From Eutreptiella sp. 'Long Island Sound 2002' (Eukaryota; Protista; Euglenida): a stretch of DNA of 64,000 nt. Both the position numbers and the translations under genes were made by a program. Numbering within the stretch: position 1 is the stretch's first letter; each line of letters starts with the position of its first letter. The notes beneath the pieces were generated by a model that made no database searches, was not told where the DNA came from, and worked only from the letters and a program-made list of their open reading frames with translations. Shown here piece after piece: positions 34,806 through 47,966 of the stretch. The stretch is from positions 6,510,001 through 6,574,000 of the forward strand of contig OZ038379.1 of NCBI GenBank assembly GCA_964036045.1, given 5' to 3'.

Positions 34806-35584
34806 GGGGGAATGTTTGCCCGGCGCGCGCCCGGCGCGCTACTTTTAGACTATGTTCCCCCCGAAGAGCCCCCAAGCACACCCCTTGGAAACGCCCTTAG
34901 AATTAGGTGACCCAAACTGCCCCAGCTCAAGAAAGTTGCAAACTGGGGTACACAGTACCACTCTCGCTCCTTTAAGGCCGATCTTGGTCAACACCTTAGC
35001 AAGTTGGGAGAATGGGGTTAGCATAGCACAACCGCATCGATCTCCAGTAGAAGCGATAGGCGTTATTGAGGTATCGCGAACAGTAGAGCTGCATCATAAC
35101 ATTGGTCCCACAAGTGTGGGTGTCAATACATTCAGTACAATAGTGCTCCTTACACTCATCACAAACTGCGACGGTGGAGCGTTCTGGCAACACAACACAC
35201 ACACTTCTGCCTCATCCTCTGCCTCATCTTGCGTGCCACAACCGAGCAAACAGCTGCTCAATGCGTGCCCTATACCACCCGTGCACGTCATTGTAACATT
35301 GTTGGCGGGCTGTCAAAGTGCCATTCTTTCTTCCAATGAATGGCACAATGACATGAATCCGGCCCTTATAAGCACCATCATGGCCCCCAACTTCGAAATC
35401 AAAGAAATCACCTCGGGTACGAGAAGGTCCATACCCATCCCAAATCAAAACATCTGCTGATGTCCCGGGGGCCAAGGGGCAAATCCATATAATGTTGCCC
35501 AACATATCAACGGCAACAGTCCACCGGTAAGGCATAAGTCACAAAAGATGCCCGGCGCGCGCCCGGCGCGCTAACGTTCCCCCC
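34806..35584 (-). mobile_element. ISL2EU/IS5-superfamily-like deletion derivative (779 bp, AT TSD)
   Basis: AT|GGGGGAATGTT ... AACGTTCCCCCC|AT. Identical 25-bp direct repeats TGCCCGGCGCGCGCCCGGCGCGCTA at 34817-34841 and 35549-35573. Encloses a DDE_Tnp_4-like fragment. Confidence 0.7.
35085..35535 (-). pseudogene. DDE_Tnp_4-type transposase catalytic fragment joined to a Cys-rich zinc finger
   Basis: VAVDMLGNIIWI..PGTSADVLIW...DGAYKG..IVPF...QQCYNDVHGWYRARIEQLFARL (second D and E of the triad). After a break: VCVLC..VCDECKEHYCTECIDTHTC. Confidence 0.7.
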
Positions 35585-36516
35585 ATAGAGCAGGGCTACA
35601 GCAGGGGAAATGCGTTCTCGAACTGCAGGTGCTTCCCCACAAGAGTCACTGGCCTCAGCGCATCACGCACCTGCGCGGCGTTGCATTTACACAGGTCCGG
35701 CGGTGGGGGAATGTGCTTGCACTGAAAAAGCCTGTTTGTGTGTCTGCGTGCGTGCGCGATGTGCAACCCAGAAGCTTCCATACGGCGGTTGGAAAGTAAC
35801 CGATGGTAACTGAAGGAAACCGATGGTAACCGAACATGAGCGATGGTAACTGAAGGTTAGTAATGGCAACTGAAGGTAAGCAGTGGTAACTGATGGAGCT
35901 AGACGGATCAGTGATGGAGCGGAGATAGACCCTCGTTTCCAGGACTACTGCAACACAAGCGACAGGAATGGCAAAGGCTGCCCCTGGGTACACCAGAGAC
36001 ACGACTGTCAGCGTTCACCAGAACAAGTGCACACAACTTGAAGGTGGGTCAGAGAGGAGGAGAGATGCATATGTACAGGTCCTGCGAGTCCCTGGAGGCG
36101 CGGTGTACGCAAGACAGATGGGTCAGAGGATCGGCGACCCCACAGTCGTACCTGTACTCGCAGTGCCGTGCAGCCGGGCCGCGGGGGTAGAGCAATGCGA
36201 TACGATACCCCCTTCCCACACGTCGACCTTGGGCCTCTAATCCAGTGAACGCCCTGTCCGGAGGGTGCCCCAGGCCACCCACCCACCGATACGGCAAGCG
36301 TGCCTCAGTGCGGGGCGGTCCGTCACGATAAAAGGAGAATCCCGTGGTCACGCAACACAACGCGCACAAAGCGATGGGGAAGGCAACAAGGCACTACACA
36401 CAGCAAAGTGTCAAACCATCCCGTCATACATCCGTCTCACGTTTGTCGTTGGTAACGAGGAGGTACATGGACCTGCGCCCGCGGTCCGTCCTGAATGAAA
36501 AAGAAATTGGCCATTG

Positions 36517-37624
36517 ACCGCCGGCGGGTGGCGTACAACCGCCGGCGGTTGGCAACCAACCGCTGGTCCACCGTTCTTAAGGGGCGGTCCTGAGTGAACA
36601 CCAACAACAGAATCTCCCTGTCAACGGACGGCCCTGGTCGTAGTTCTCTGCGCCGGGTGCCACACAGCACCATAGATCAAGCATACGACGCTGCGGTGTC
36701 GTGCCAGCAGTACCCCGGCTTGGCATCCGCCGGTGGGACAATGAGCGGCAGTACTTTCGGTGAAAAGGGGTGGAGCGGGCTGGTCCTGAGACCTCCGACT
36801 CAGACCCGGCAGTACCCTCCCATCCCCCCCTCCCACGGCCACAGCCCTGCGTTGCGCTCCGGTGCCTTCCTGCGAAGTCGCACGCCGAGCACAACCCCCC
36901 CCCCCCCCCCCCGGCCAGAGTGCCAAGCAGCCATCATTGTGATGACCATCCCCCCGTCTGCTCAGCCCTTCAAACGCACCCAACGCAGACACGCCCAACC
37001 GACTGTCGCGTGGCCGCGCGCGCAGCTCCAGTGCTCAGCGCTGACAGCCCCCAAGCCCCAGGCCGGCAGCAACAGTGCAAAGCATCGGCGCGTGCTTCGA
37101 GCCCCCGCGGAAGGCGACGCATGGGAGCGTTTGGCCACCAGCCCCCCCCCCCGCCCACTCCTCCCCCCCCCCCCACCGCCCCAAGACCGTGACCCCTTCA
37201 TCAGATGTCTGGTGGTACCAAACCCCTGGCCACCGACAACCCCCTGCCCATATGCTGCGTGCAGGGCTGACGGGGGGGGCGCACGGTCCCATGTCGACAA
37301 CCGTCCTCACCCACTGCACTCACCACTGGCACGGGCCCTCCTCTACTCATGTACGTGCACACCAGGGCATCAGCACCCTTTGCCATCGAGCACTGCCCCT
37401 GCTCGACAACTCCTTGTCTGGGCGTCCAACTCCATCAGCAAGTGGTGGCTGTCTCTTAACACTCGCACAGGGCGCTCCGGAATGCAAAAAGGGGGGCCGG
37501 GGGGAACAAGTGACCATACCCTCAGTCATATGGGGCGGGTAACCGACGGCGGTTGAAGGGGAGCCGAAGGCGGTTGAACGGTAACCGACGGCCCTTGGAT
37601 GTTAACCGACGGCGGTTGAGCAGT
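36517..37624 (+). repeat. Clusters of 21-bp units around the palindrome AACCG(C/A)CGGCGGTT (36517-36579, 37541-37624; related units at 35798-35895)
   Basis: Exact 21-bp spacing at 36517/36538/36559 and at 37541/37562/37583/37604. Confidence 0.65.
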
Positions 37625-37844
37625 TGCTTTGCGCGCTCCCTAAGGACGCCCCCTCGTGCCAAAAAAGCAACAACAAAAAGGCGCAGTGATAAAGGAGCGC
37701 CCAGTCTCTGGAACGCCCGCTCCCCCGCCCCCCATCGACGCTCGGAGGGGCCAGGGCTGGAACATGCCGCGCCTCCTGCGGGCGACACCGGATCAGCCGC
37801 ACCGGGCGCGCGGCATTGCCCGGGCCGCCGACCGGCACCTCCTC

Positions 37845-38075
37845 TCAGTCCTCGGCACCGAAATCCCGGATGGCCTCGCACACTTGGCCCCGCTTCAGCT
37901 GCGTGGCGGTGGGGGCGTACTCCAAGTACCCGGGGAGCGTGCGGGGCACGTCGTAGTCTGGGAAGTACCGCTGCGGGTACACGCGGTACGCCTCGTCTCG
38001 GCTGCGGGGCACCAGCAGCGACTCGGCGTTCATGGCGCGCCGCTCGGACTCGTGCACGACGGCGCTGCGCGGGGC
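37845..38075 (-). CDS. Coding exon, probably the downstream part of the surface-protein gene
   Basis: Acceptor ctcAG (38077-38076), phase 0, very high GC3 (APRSAVVHESERRAMNAESLLVPRSRDEAYRVYPQRYFPDY...). Ends at TGA 37845 or at a donor CAA|GTGTGC (37883). Confidence 0.6.
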   Translation of the reverse strand, partial: APRSAVVHESERRAMNAESLLVPRSRDEAYRVYPQRYFPDYDVPRTLPGYLEYAPTATQLKRGQVCEAIRDFGAED

Positions 38076-39670
38076 CTGAGGGGGTCAGAGGCGGGGCTGG
38101 GGCGACAGCGGCTCAAGCGGCGGAGGGTGGGCGCTGGTGCGGGGAGTAGCGGGAAAGGGCAGGCACTGCAGCAAGCACCACAAGACGTCCCACAAGACGT
38201 CCCAAAAGACCGTCCTCACGCAGCCAAAACAGGCGTGCGGCTTAGATCATCGGCGCAGATCCCCCCCCCCCCCGTGCGGCCAATACCCAAATAGGGTGAA
38301 AAACATGTCAATACGGCCTAAAACACACTTTACATAGCTTGGATGGTCATTTTAGGTGATCACAATATCATAAAAACAAGTTTCGAAAACTTCGATTTTT
38401 GAGCTGCCCAGGGTGAAAAATTGCATAAGCAGGTTGTGTATCAATCCCTTGGGAGACCCGGGGGCAGTGTAGAGCATGACGCCCGAGTGGATTGCTGCCT
38501 GACGCTGGCGGCGGCAATGGCCTCGCTCTGTTTGGGGTTGGTTGGTTGGTTGGTTGGTATGCCCGGGCATAGGGGCTGCCGGTTGGAGGCGTTGTGCAGA
38601 CTCCCCTTTCTTCGTCGTACCCCCTGACACGCCCTGGCGAGGCACACTGGCACCGGGAATGCGCTGACATATTACGGCACCGCCAATGGCGTTGGTGGAA
38701 TGGCTGGAATCTGTGTACACGGTCCACTCTGGTCCTGCATGCACAATGTTGCAACCCCTGGGCTGCGGACCCCCAGACAGGTGCAGATGACCACCTGGCA
38801 TGGCAATGGACGTGCTCCCCGCACGCCACAACAGAACGGTGTGCACACCACTACTTGATACACGAGTGGCCTGTGATATCAATTCGCGAAGGGTAACTGC
38901 ACGTGCAGAGCCTCTTGTGGGGTGTGCTGAAGCCTGGGATCCCACCACCTCAGTAGCCACGCTAGCGCTTGCTGTGCGCTCTCTATTTTTTGGGGGGACG
39001 GGGGGCAAAAGCGTATAATGACACGCTGCCTGCCCCTTTCCATGCCTCCATGCCCCACGCCCAATTCCCGGTCTCCGTGACCTGCCCCCCCCCCCCTCCC
39101 CAGCCAGTCCTGCTCCTTTTGCATGTTCGTGTTGAAGTGTCCGGGACAGTGCCCGACTGCTGAACCAGCAGGTCAGACCACAGGTCTCGGAGGGACCCTT
39201 GTCCTTCCCATGAACCCTTTCCCTTCGTAGGTGGCGGGTACCCACTGGCCTCTCGCCACAAGTGCCCTTGCTCTCCCGCACTACTCACTGCCCCTCAGTG
39301 GGGCTCCATCCTTCAGTGGAGCCCCTTGGGTGGGTGGGTGGGTGGGTGGGTGGCAGGTCCAGCCAGGAGGCTCTATCCCCCGCAACCGAAACCGGAACCG
39401 AAACCGGAAGTGGAGCCGGATTCCCTGCCTCGCCCCCCCTCCAAGGCTCCTGAGTGGTACCCACTACACGCGGTCGGGGTGTGGCGAGGGTCAGGAGCCC
39501 ATGGGGAGGAGACGAAGAGGAGAGCCCCAGCCATGATGCTGAACCAGACTGGGCCCACGGTCAGGGTCCCCCTCATCGATCGCCGGTCCAGATCGGTGGG
39601 GGCCGGCAGGCACCATGGGGATGGTGCGCGGGTGCGCCCTACCGGGGGACCGCATCTCCTCCTCCACCTC

Positions 39671-39857
39671 TGTGTTGTGTTGTGTTGTGTTGTGTTGTGT
39701 TGTGTTGTGTTGTGTTGTGTTGTGTTGTGTTGTGTTGTGTTGTGTTGTGTTGTGTTGTGTTGTGTTGTGTTGTGTTGTGTTGTGTTGTGTTGTGTTGTGT
39801 TGTGTTGTGTTGTGTTGTGTTGTGTTGTGTTGTGTTGTGTTGTGTTGTGTTGTGTTG
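39671..39857 (+). repeat. (TGTGT)n microsatellite, ~37 units
   Basis: Perfect 5-bp periodicity. Confidence 0.95.
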
Positions 39858-39995
39858 CTGAGTCCAACTCAATCCCATTTGCAGGTCATCTCGTGGCGGT
39901 CTACTGTTGCCAGTGCGCGCATCATTCTGCCCACATCACTGCCTGCCTGCCTGCCTAATAGGGCCCTGTTGCTGGATCAAAGGCAAGGGGGATAC

Positions 39996-42900
39996 CTCCG
40001 CTTCGTTGCGGCACCTCTCGACCAGGTCGTACACGCGGAGCTCCACGCCGTCTGTGGCGATGCCGGCGTCCTCGTGTGTGACGTAGAGCGTGTACTCCCC
40101 GGCGTGATACGGGGTCATGTAGAACGTGTAGAGCCCGGTCCCGGTGTTGGCGATAGGGTCCACGTACGGGTCCAGAGCGCCCTGCGGCGTACGACCCACC
40201 TGAGCACAGAGGAGCTGCACTGGGCAATGGGCAATGGGCAGTGGGCAGTGGGCACAGGAATGAGGATTGTCAACACACAGGGAGAGTGGCGCACTTTGAG
40301 GCGACCATCTCGCCCCGCCCCCCCATACACACACAAACACGCACATCATGAACACACTTCACCCCACGCCCCTTCCCCCTCCTGCCCGTCCCCTATTCGC
40401 CCAACAGCTGCGGCGCGCGCGGGCCACGGGGCACAGCGCGTCGCGTGCTCCCCTGCAACGCCGTTGGTTGGCAATGCGTTCCACTGGGGAACAGAAGCTT
40501 GTGGCATTGGTTGTGCGAGGGGATTGGCAGAAGTGCATTCGCGACAATGACTCTCCCACAAACAGTACAACGTCACAGACAGTTGTGATGGCCACCAGGG
40601 GAAATGGTGAAGGCAGCGTAAGAGGGCAGGGAATAGCCGGACTGCGAAGGGTTCCATGGGCGAAGCATATGCAAGAAAGCGCTGGATACGCTGTCGGCCG
40701 CCAAGCGCCAACAACTCACCCGCCGGTCATTTTGTGGCCGCGTGTCAGTGCCTGCAGGGGTCATTCCGGGCATGCAGGGGGTGTACAGGGCATTAAGGGA
40801 GTGTGCAGGGCATGCAGCGGGTGTACAGGGCATGCAGCGGGTGTACAGGGCATGCACCGGGTGTACAGGGCATGCACCGGGTGTACAGGGCATGCACCGG
40901 GTGTACAGGGCATGCAGCGGGTGTACAGGGCATGCAGCGGGTGTACAGGGCATGCAGCGGGTGTACAGGGCATGCACCGGGTGTACAGGGCATGCAGCGG
41001 GTGTACAGGGCATGCACCGGGTGTACAGGGCATGCACCGGGTGTACAGGGCATGCACCGGGTGTACAGGGCATGCACCGGGTGTGCAGGGCATGCACCGG
41101 GTGTACAGGGCATGCAGCGGGTGTACAGGGCATGCACCGGGTGTACAGGGCATGCAGCGGGTGTACAGGGCATGCACCGGGTGTACAGGGCATGCACCGG
41201 GTGTACAGGGCATGCACCGGGTGTACAGGGCATGCAGCGGGTGTACAGGGCATGCAGCGGGTGTACAGGGCATGCAGCGGGTGTACAGGGCATGCACCGG
41301 GTGTACAGGGCATGCAGCGGGTGTACAGGGCATGCAGCGGGTGTACAGGGCATGCACCGGGTGTACAGGGCATGCAGCGGGTGTACAGGGCATGCAGCGG
41401 GTGTACAGGGCATGCACCGGGTGTACAGGGCATGCAGCGGGTGTGCAGGGCATGCAGCGGGTGTACAGGGCATGCAGCGGGTGTACAGGGCATGCAGCGG
41501 GTGTACAGGGCATGCACCGGGTGTACAGGGCATGCACCGGGTGTACAGGGCATGCAGCGGGTGTACAGGGCATGCACCGGGTGTACAGGGCATGCACCGG
41601 GTGTACAGGGCATGCACCGGGTGTACAGGGCATGCACCGGGTGTGCAGGGCATGCACCGGGTGTACAGGGCATGCACCGGGTGTACAGGGCATGCAGCGG
41701 GTGTGCAGGGCATGCACCGGGTGTACAGGGCATGCAGGGGGTGTACAGGGCATGCAGGGGGTGTACAGGGCATGCAGGGGGTGTACAGGGCATGCAGCGG
41801 GTGTACAGGGCATGCAGGGGGCAGAGAGAGCATGTTGGCGTGATACAGCGCATACACGGGGTGCCCTGCGATTGTGCATTGTCACTGGGTTAGATTGTGT
41901 TTGAGTATGATGACAAACCTGGACACTGAACTTTGCCGTGTCCGTATCGTCACCATAGAGCTCTCCCGCGGAGTCATACGACCGGATGATGCACTCAGTG
42001 GTGCGCAGGGTCTGGAGGATAGTGGGGGTGCAGGAGAAGGTGATGCGCACATGGATGAGGCGGTCCAGGAAGTGGATGGAGCTCCCTGGCACCGGCTCCC
42101 ACCCGTACGCAACGCCGCGGACGTTGTAGCACAGCGTCCACACGCGGAAGGTCTTCCATACGTCCTTCGACACCGACGCGTTGAACTGGGCAACGACGCC
42201 CGAGGGGTCCACGTCCCCGTCCACTGACTGGACTCGCCACTGGAAGTTCTCCGGATGATAGCAGAGGTCGGGCTTGGCGGCATTGTCCCTGAGGGAGGGC
42301 CACGCAGGCATGCGCTGGAGGGGAGCGGGGCAAAGGGTTTGCCGCCCACACCGCGTCTGCCGGCCCCTGCCAGTCCACCAAACGTTTTGTAACCGCTTTT
42401 CACAGTCCTAACCGCTTTCTCAACCACCAGTTGTTGGAACCCTTCAGTCCCCTGTCCCCTCGAGTTGACCCCCGGGGCAATTAGGGCCTCCAAAGAGGAT
42501 GGTTTGCACCTCATGTGGCGTCCGGGTACCACCGGCATACACCCCCCCCCATAACCGACAGTGGCATCCTACGGCAGCCCCAACTATGTGTGGTCCAAGG
42601 CGGTTGGGGTTGGGGGGCGGGGGGGGGGGGGCGTCCGGAACCGAGGGGTCACCCCCCTCCGCGAATGGCATCAGCGTCAACAGAACGCACGCACACGATG
42701 CACGTGTCAGCACAGACGTCAGCGTCTCGTGTGCCCCCCCCCCTCTGCTACCTGCTTCCAGTGGTTGGATTGACCTGCAACATGCCGCACCACGAAGGGG
42801 GCACAAGCACGGGCCTCCGGTCTGACCAGGTCTATACCCAACCTGTAGCCCCCCCCCCCCCCCTCCTCCTCCGGACTAATTACGAGGCCCGCCCCAACCG

Positions 42901-45900
42901 CTTCCCTCCAACTCCACCTGCAGCTCCAACGGTTTTGTATCCGCCAGCTCCTGTTCCCCAACGGCTCTCTCAACTGGCACCAGCTGATTTTACAGGCGCT
43001 CGCTGCACTGCCCTGTGGCGTCACTCTCCTTCAAGCGCACCCCCCCCCTTCCCTGTGCACTGTGGCTGAGCCTGAAAGGCCCAAGGGAAGAGGGGGGGGG
43101 GAGGTGTGGAGGCGTGGAGGAGGGGGGGGCGGTGGAGAGACATCAGCCCACAGGTCTGGGGGCGGCTGGGCACCGACTGGATTCCCACGGGCACAGACAC
43201 ACGGCGGGGCACAGGCGCGCAGACGCGCAGCCGCACACCCGAACACCAACGCCCACTCGTCCGTGGCGTTCAGCCCCACGCCGTAGACCAGCAGCGGGAA
43301 GACCGTGCGGCGCTTCGGGGTATGGGGCACCCACTCGAACCGCAGGGGCCCCGCGACGGTGAAGTTGTGGCCGATCTGCCGCCACCCGAGCCCCGGGAAA
43401 TGGTAGCAGAGCACCCAGACCCCCGCCAAGAGCTTCTGCTGCGGCAGGTACACCGTGGTGTTGTACGCCCCGCCGTTGTCGGAGGCCAGCATCCACGGGA
43501 ACACGTCCCACCCCGTCACGTTGGTGCAGCCTGAGGACCAACGGACGCATGGACAAGGCGGTGCAAACAAAAGACACGTGGCGCAGCCGTCATAGCACTT
43601 GACGCCTGCGCTAGAGGTCCCGGGTTCGAGCCCCAGGTGGGTCATAGGTAGGAGTCCCGTCCTCGGGCACTGGGGTGTCCATGATCCTGTGCTCCACATG
43701 AGACGGGGGAGGTCCATGTGCGGGAGGGTACTTCACCACATGGTCGTCCGAGCCCCCCCCCTAAGTCCAAGACAAGGGCCATGACAGGGCCCCAACGGAA
43801 GTGCCCTAACTGTCCGCAGGAAGTCCCTCTACCGCGCCTTTCCTCAAAGGGCGAGGCCAGGGGACGCAGGGCTGAGGGACTCCTCACCCTCTGGCCCATC
43901 CCAACCCCCCCGTCTCACAGCGGTAAGGGCTCGAATAGCGGCGTGATTCAACAATGATCCTTCCACTTGCCTTAATCTTCCCACCCGTTCAGTCCCGCGT
44001 TCGCAACAATGACTCTCCCACAAGACAATACGAGGTCACAGACAGTTGTGATGGCCACCAGGGGATAGGGCGAAGGCAGCGTACGAGGGCAAGGAATGAC
44101 CGGGAGGGGCAAGAGACTAAGCAATGGTATGCCTCCTGCCAGATTGCGCCTTCTGCCAGTCCGGACGCATACCCAATGCCGCATGCATCTGTACACGAGC
44201 AGAACGCGGCACCAATCAAGTGCGTTGCAGGGGAGCAGGCGACGCGCCGTGGATGTGGCCCGCACGCGCCGCAGCTGTTGGGCCAATAGGGGACACCCCG
44301 GCAGGAGGGGGAAGGGGTGGGGTGGGAGGTGTGTCCGTGGTGTCCCTTTGCCTGTCTTTCCGGGGAGGAGGGGAGGGGGAGCTGAGCGTGTAGTCTGGCT
44401 GTCCTTTGGAAGGTTGCTTCTTCGTTTTCACTCCTGCTCACCAGTTCCAGAGCTGCTTGATGGTTCACCCCTGGACGTGTTGGCTGTGTGTACAGGTGCA
44501 GCAGTTAACACGACTGTAGGCAAATTTTGTTGGGCTGAGTTCGACAGTGCTGTGCCAAAGAAAATACAGCAAAAGAAGTGGCGAGGCGTCATAGTTGGCA
44601 GGTGGAGCAAAAGCTTCAACACGCAGTGATTCGAAATACATAAGCTAAATTGGGATACACGCCAACTGCAAGTCTGGCTCTACCCGTTGTTTGTTGGATT
44701 GGTACCGCAATTCCAGGAGCCCACATGTGTCATCATGGATCCCGCGGCAGGACACATCACAGTCACCACCTTCACCAGGCTTCGCACTGTGCAGTCTTCT
44801 TTGCAAGCTCGCCATCATCCCTGGGGGATTGACACGGTTTGTTCAATTAATTGATGTGTTGCTGGCACAGTTCTCCAGGGAGGACTATTTTGAGACCCAC
44901 TACAAGCCATGATTTGAGGCATTGCTTGTTGGCAGCATGCCACCAACTCATGTGGCACATTATCCAGTGGCTGGATGACACTTGTATGACTTGCTGCAAG
45001 AAACTTGATGTCCCAAAAATTAAGAAACTGGGACATTTTGACCCACACAGCGGAAATCAGGGGTTTGGACTGCAAATTTGTCCAGCCACAGGTCCTGTGG
45101 CCAAGTCCAAACCAAAGCCCAAACCGAAGGGCCATGGTCCTTTGCACCGCAGCATTGCTTCATATTTTTCAATGCGCCAATCCATAAATAGTCCCATGCA
45201 CTTCAAACTGCATATCACAGTTATTCATTGTGCAGACCAGTGTCTCTCCATTTCCATTGTGTGTGCCATCCCTTGCTTGCTTGGGGGGAGGGGGGGGACC
45301 ATATCAAATACACCCTGACTAAACCCCAGCGTTTTCAAGGTTCTGTGACCTCTGTGCTTGCTCTTCCATGCCAACTCCATTCAAAGAGCTGGAGGGTTTG
45401 TACATTATGCTCCTCTTCACCTGTTGTGTGTGTGTGTGTGTGTGTTTGTGCACGCGCGCGCGGATGCCCAATTGATTTCACCAATAACATGGCGTCCACT
45501 AAGATACAGCACCTGTCTACAGCTCTGTTCGCACTGTAGCTCAAACTGCAAGATGAGACTCCTTATTCCCACCGTCTCTGCAATTTACTCCTGAGCTCGC
45601 TGTTCCATCGGTGGGCGTCCATTCGTGCGTACATGTGTATGTTTGCGTGTGCGTGCGTGCGTGCATGTGTTTGCCTCTTTGGGGTGATGGGATGTTGTCT
45701 GGTTTCGGCTGCTGTTGTCGGTTTGTCATCTTTTTGTTGTCGTTTGTGATATCTCCTGCCGTCCGCCCACGCCCTCACAGTTCACACACACCCTCAGGCC
45801 CCGCTGGCGCGAACTCGTACATGTCCGCGACGCTGAGGTTGTGCCCCAGGACAATGGAGCGCAGCATGACGTTGTTCGCGGGGTCCGCGGGGCTGTAGCG

Positions 45901-46202
45901 CCAGTCGTTGGGGCCGTTGACGGTCATGTTCTGCTCCACGATGCGCCAGCCTCCTCCGTTGAGGTTGTAGCACACGTTGTAGTCGTCGGCCTCGAGCGTC
46001 ACCGATGCTACCGCCACCTCGTACCAGTCCGGTCCGCCGGTCAAGAGCGCCTGCAAAGCCAAAAGAGGGCTGCAGCCATAGTGCTGGACCCCAACACCCG
46101 CAGCGTGAAGGGGCGGGTGGGCGGAAGGGGAGGGGGGATGGGTCAATCTCTGTGTGTGTGCCAAGGTATCAATTCCAATCATGCTCAAACTGCGAGGTTC
46201 GA

Positions 46203-46240
<38 letters not shown>

Positions 46241-47966
46241 TGTGTGTGTCTGTGTGTGCCAAGGAATCCATTCGAATCTGCTCCAACTGCGAGGTTCAAC
46301 AATCCTAAAGTCCTACCACTGCCGCAAACCATGAGTTCGATTGTTCAGCCCTGCAGGCGGGGCTGCCCAGCGGGCACGAGGCTCCATAATTACAGATGCC
46401 GCCAACGCACCACGGCTCCTGCCCTCAGAACCATCCGCACGACAGCAAGACACACATTGCATGCTTGTGTGCCCTACCGCTCCCCACATCCCAGCCCCAA
46501 CGCGACCCCTTGGGTTGATACACGACCCCTCCACTCCCCAGTAGAAGTGGACCGAAGGCCCCTTTTGAGGGGGGGCATACACGCCTTATAATTATCGTCA
46601 CCGGCTGAAGGAGAGCATGATACCGGGGGGAAATGCAGTAGTCACGCAACCCCTGCCGTCTCGGGGAGCAATGGAAAGCAAAACGAAAACATACAACATA
46701 CACCTTCGGCACCTTCGGCACCACCATGACTGTGTGACCAAACCCGGTCACCCTTTGTAACCAAGTGGGCCCGAAGGGCAGAGAGGGGGAAGCTTTGTAT
46801 GGAAACTGAGCCTGCCCGCCCTCCGTGGGCAACTCCTTCACGGGGGGGTACACCAGCGCTTTTTTTTTTTTTAGGGGGGGTGAGTGGGTCCAGCCCCCTG
46901 TGTGACATATAGTCCATCTGTGGTTTCCTTACGGGGCCCTGGACAGTCACCCATTTATTCTTCACCGCATGATGCAGTGTCGACCTTTTCCTGAGGGTCA
47001 GCCAAGCCGCTGTCTTTGACCCCACCATTTCTGTTTCTCCATGGCGGCGGGTTGTGATGGTCAAGACATTAAGGATCCATACGGCATTAACCTTCGCTCA
47101 GCCCCCCGACCGTGGTGTGGCACCCGTGCTGCAGGCCCCCGTCAGCGGTCGCGGCGATCACCCCCGCCGGTTTGCTCAAGCGAAGTCTGGCACTCACCAC
47201 CAGGGTCTGCTCAGCCCTATCAGGAGGACCCCGGCAGGTCGACTCAACTGATCACAGCGGTGCCCAGCTCCCGGCCGGCCACGGGCGGGAACCACCCCTA
47301 ACCCCCCCCCCCCCGCGCGGTGGTGTTGAGTGTTAAAAGGCGCCAAAGAAAATTTTTGATCCAAACCAATTGGCGCCAGAGAAAGTTTTTGATCATCCGA
47401 AGGCCCGGAGGAAAACTTGTTGTAAGAGGGGGGGGGGGGGTCAGGGTGGGTGGGTGGGGGGATGGAACCCCCCCCACCCCCCCTTCCGAGTTGTGCCGAG
47501 CTGCCGAAAAGAGCCCTGGAGTACACCCCCCTTCCCCCTCTGCATTAGTCTCAGGGCAAGAAAGCGTCCTGATCCGCATGAGATCTGCTCCTCCGATGGC
47601 ACCTCGACAAGCCTCAGCGCTGCCGCCCAAACACACCCCCAGGGCCGGGCCGAAGGATTCACGACCTCAAAGCGCGCACTCCACACGCAAGCGGTACACA
47701 CCGCGACACTGTCCCCGCCGGCCCCGAGGCTATCGCAGCCGGCCTCGCTCTTGATGATGCCGTACTTGTCGCCGGCCGTCAAATGGACGCCGTGGATGGT
47801 CATGGCGAAGGCAGAGAGATGCACCGGGACGACGGGGCTGAGCTCCAGCCACGCCCCGCCGTCGACGAGGAGCGAGCGGGTCACGGTGAACCAGCCGAAG
47901 CCCAAATTGTAGCAGATGAGGTACTCGTCGGGGGCCAGGGCCTGGTCGGGAATGGTCACGTTCGTG
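39996..47966 (-). CDS. Multi-exon beta-sandwich-repeat glycoprotein, copy 1 (5' truncated at gap): exons 47966-47702, 46050-45792, 43530-43239, 42288-41919, 40199-39996
   Basis: All junctions are GT-AG with compatible phases (0,1,2,0). Recurrent motif Y/W-x-x-CY-x(3-7)-GW-x(6-7)-V-x-G. Many N-x-S/T sequons. The last exon has a filamin-like YTFYMTPYHAGEYTLYV. Confidence 0.8.
40801..41820 (+). repeat. 20-bp satellite (GTGTACAGGGCATGCA[C/G]CGG), ~51 units, intronic
   Basis: Exact 20-bp period; lies between exons 41919 and 40199. Confidence 0.97.
43572..43644 (+). pseudogene. tRNA-derived SINE-like element (mirror copy 52769-52842, minus)
   Basis: A-box TGGCGCAGCCG, AGGTC variable loop, B-box GGTTCGAGCCC; anticodon arm imperfect. 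Confidence 0.5.

Noticed and set aside
38650-38760. Fourth RNase H (WTVYTDSSHSTNAIGGAV)
   Set aside because: A single motif lacking the G of DGS, with no downstream E/D motifs in frame.
39373-40550. QHNTT / VVLCC repeat ORFs
   Set aside because: Translations of the (TGTGT)n microsatellite.
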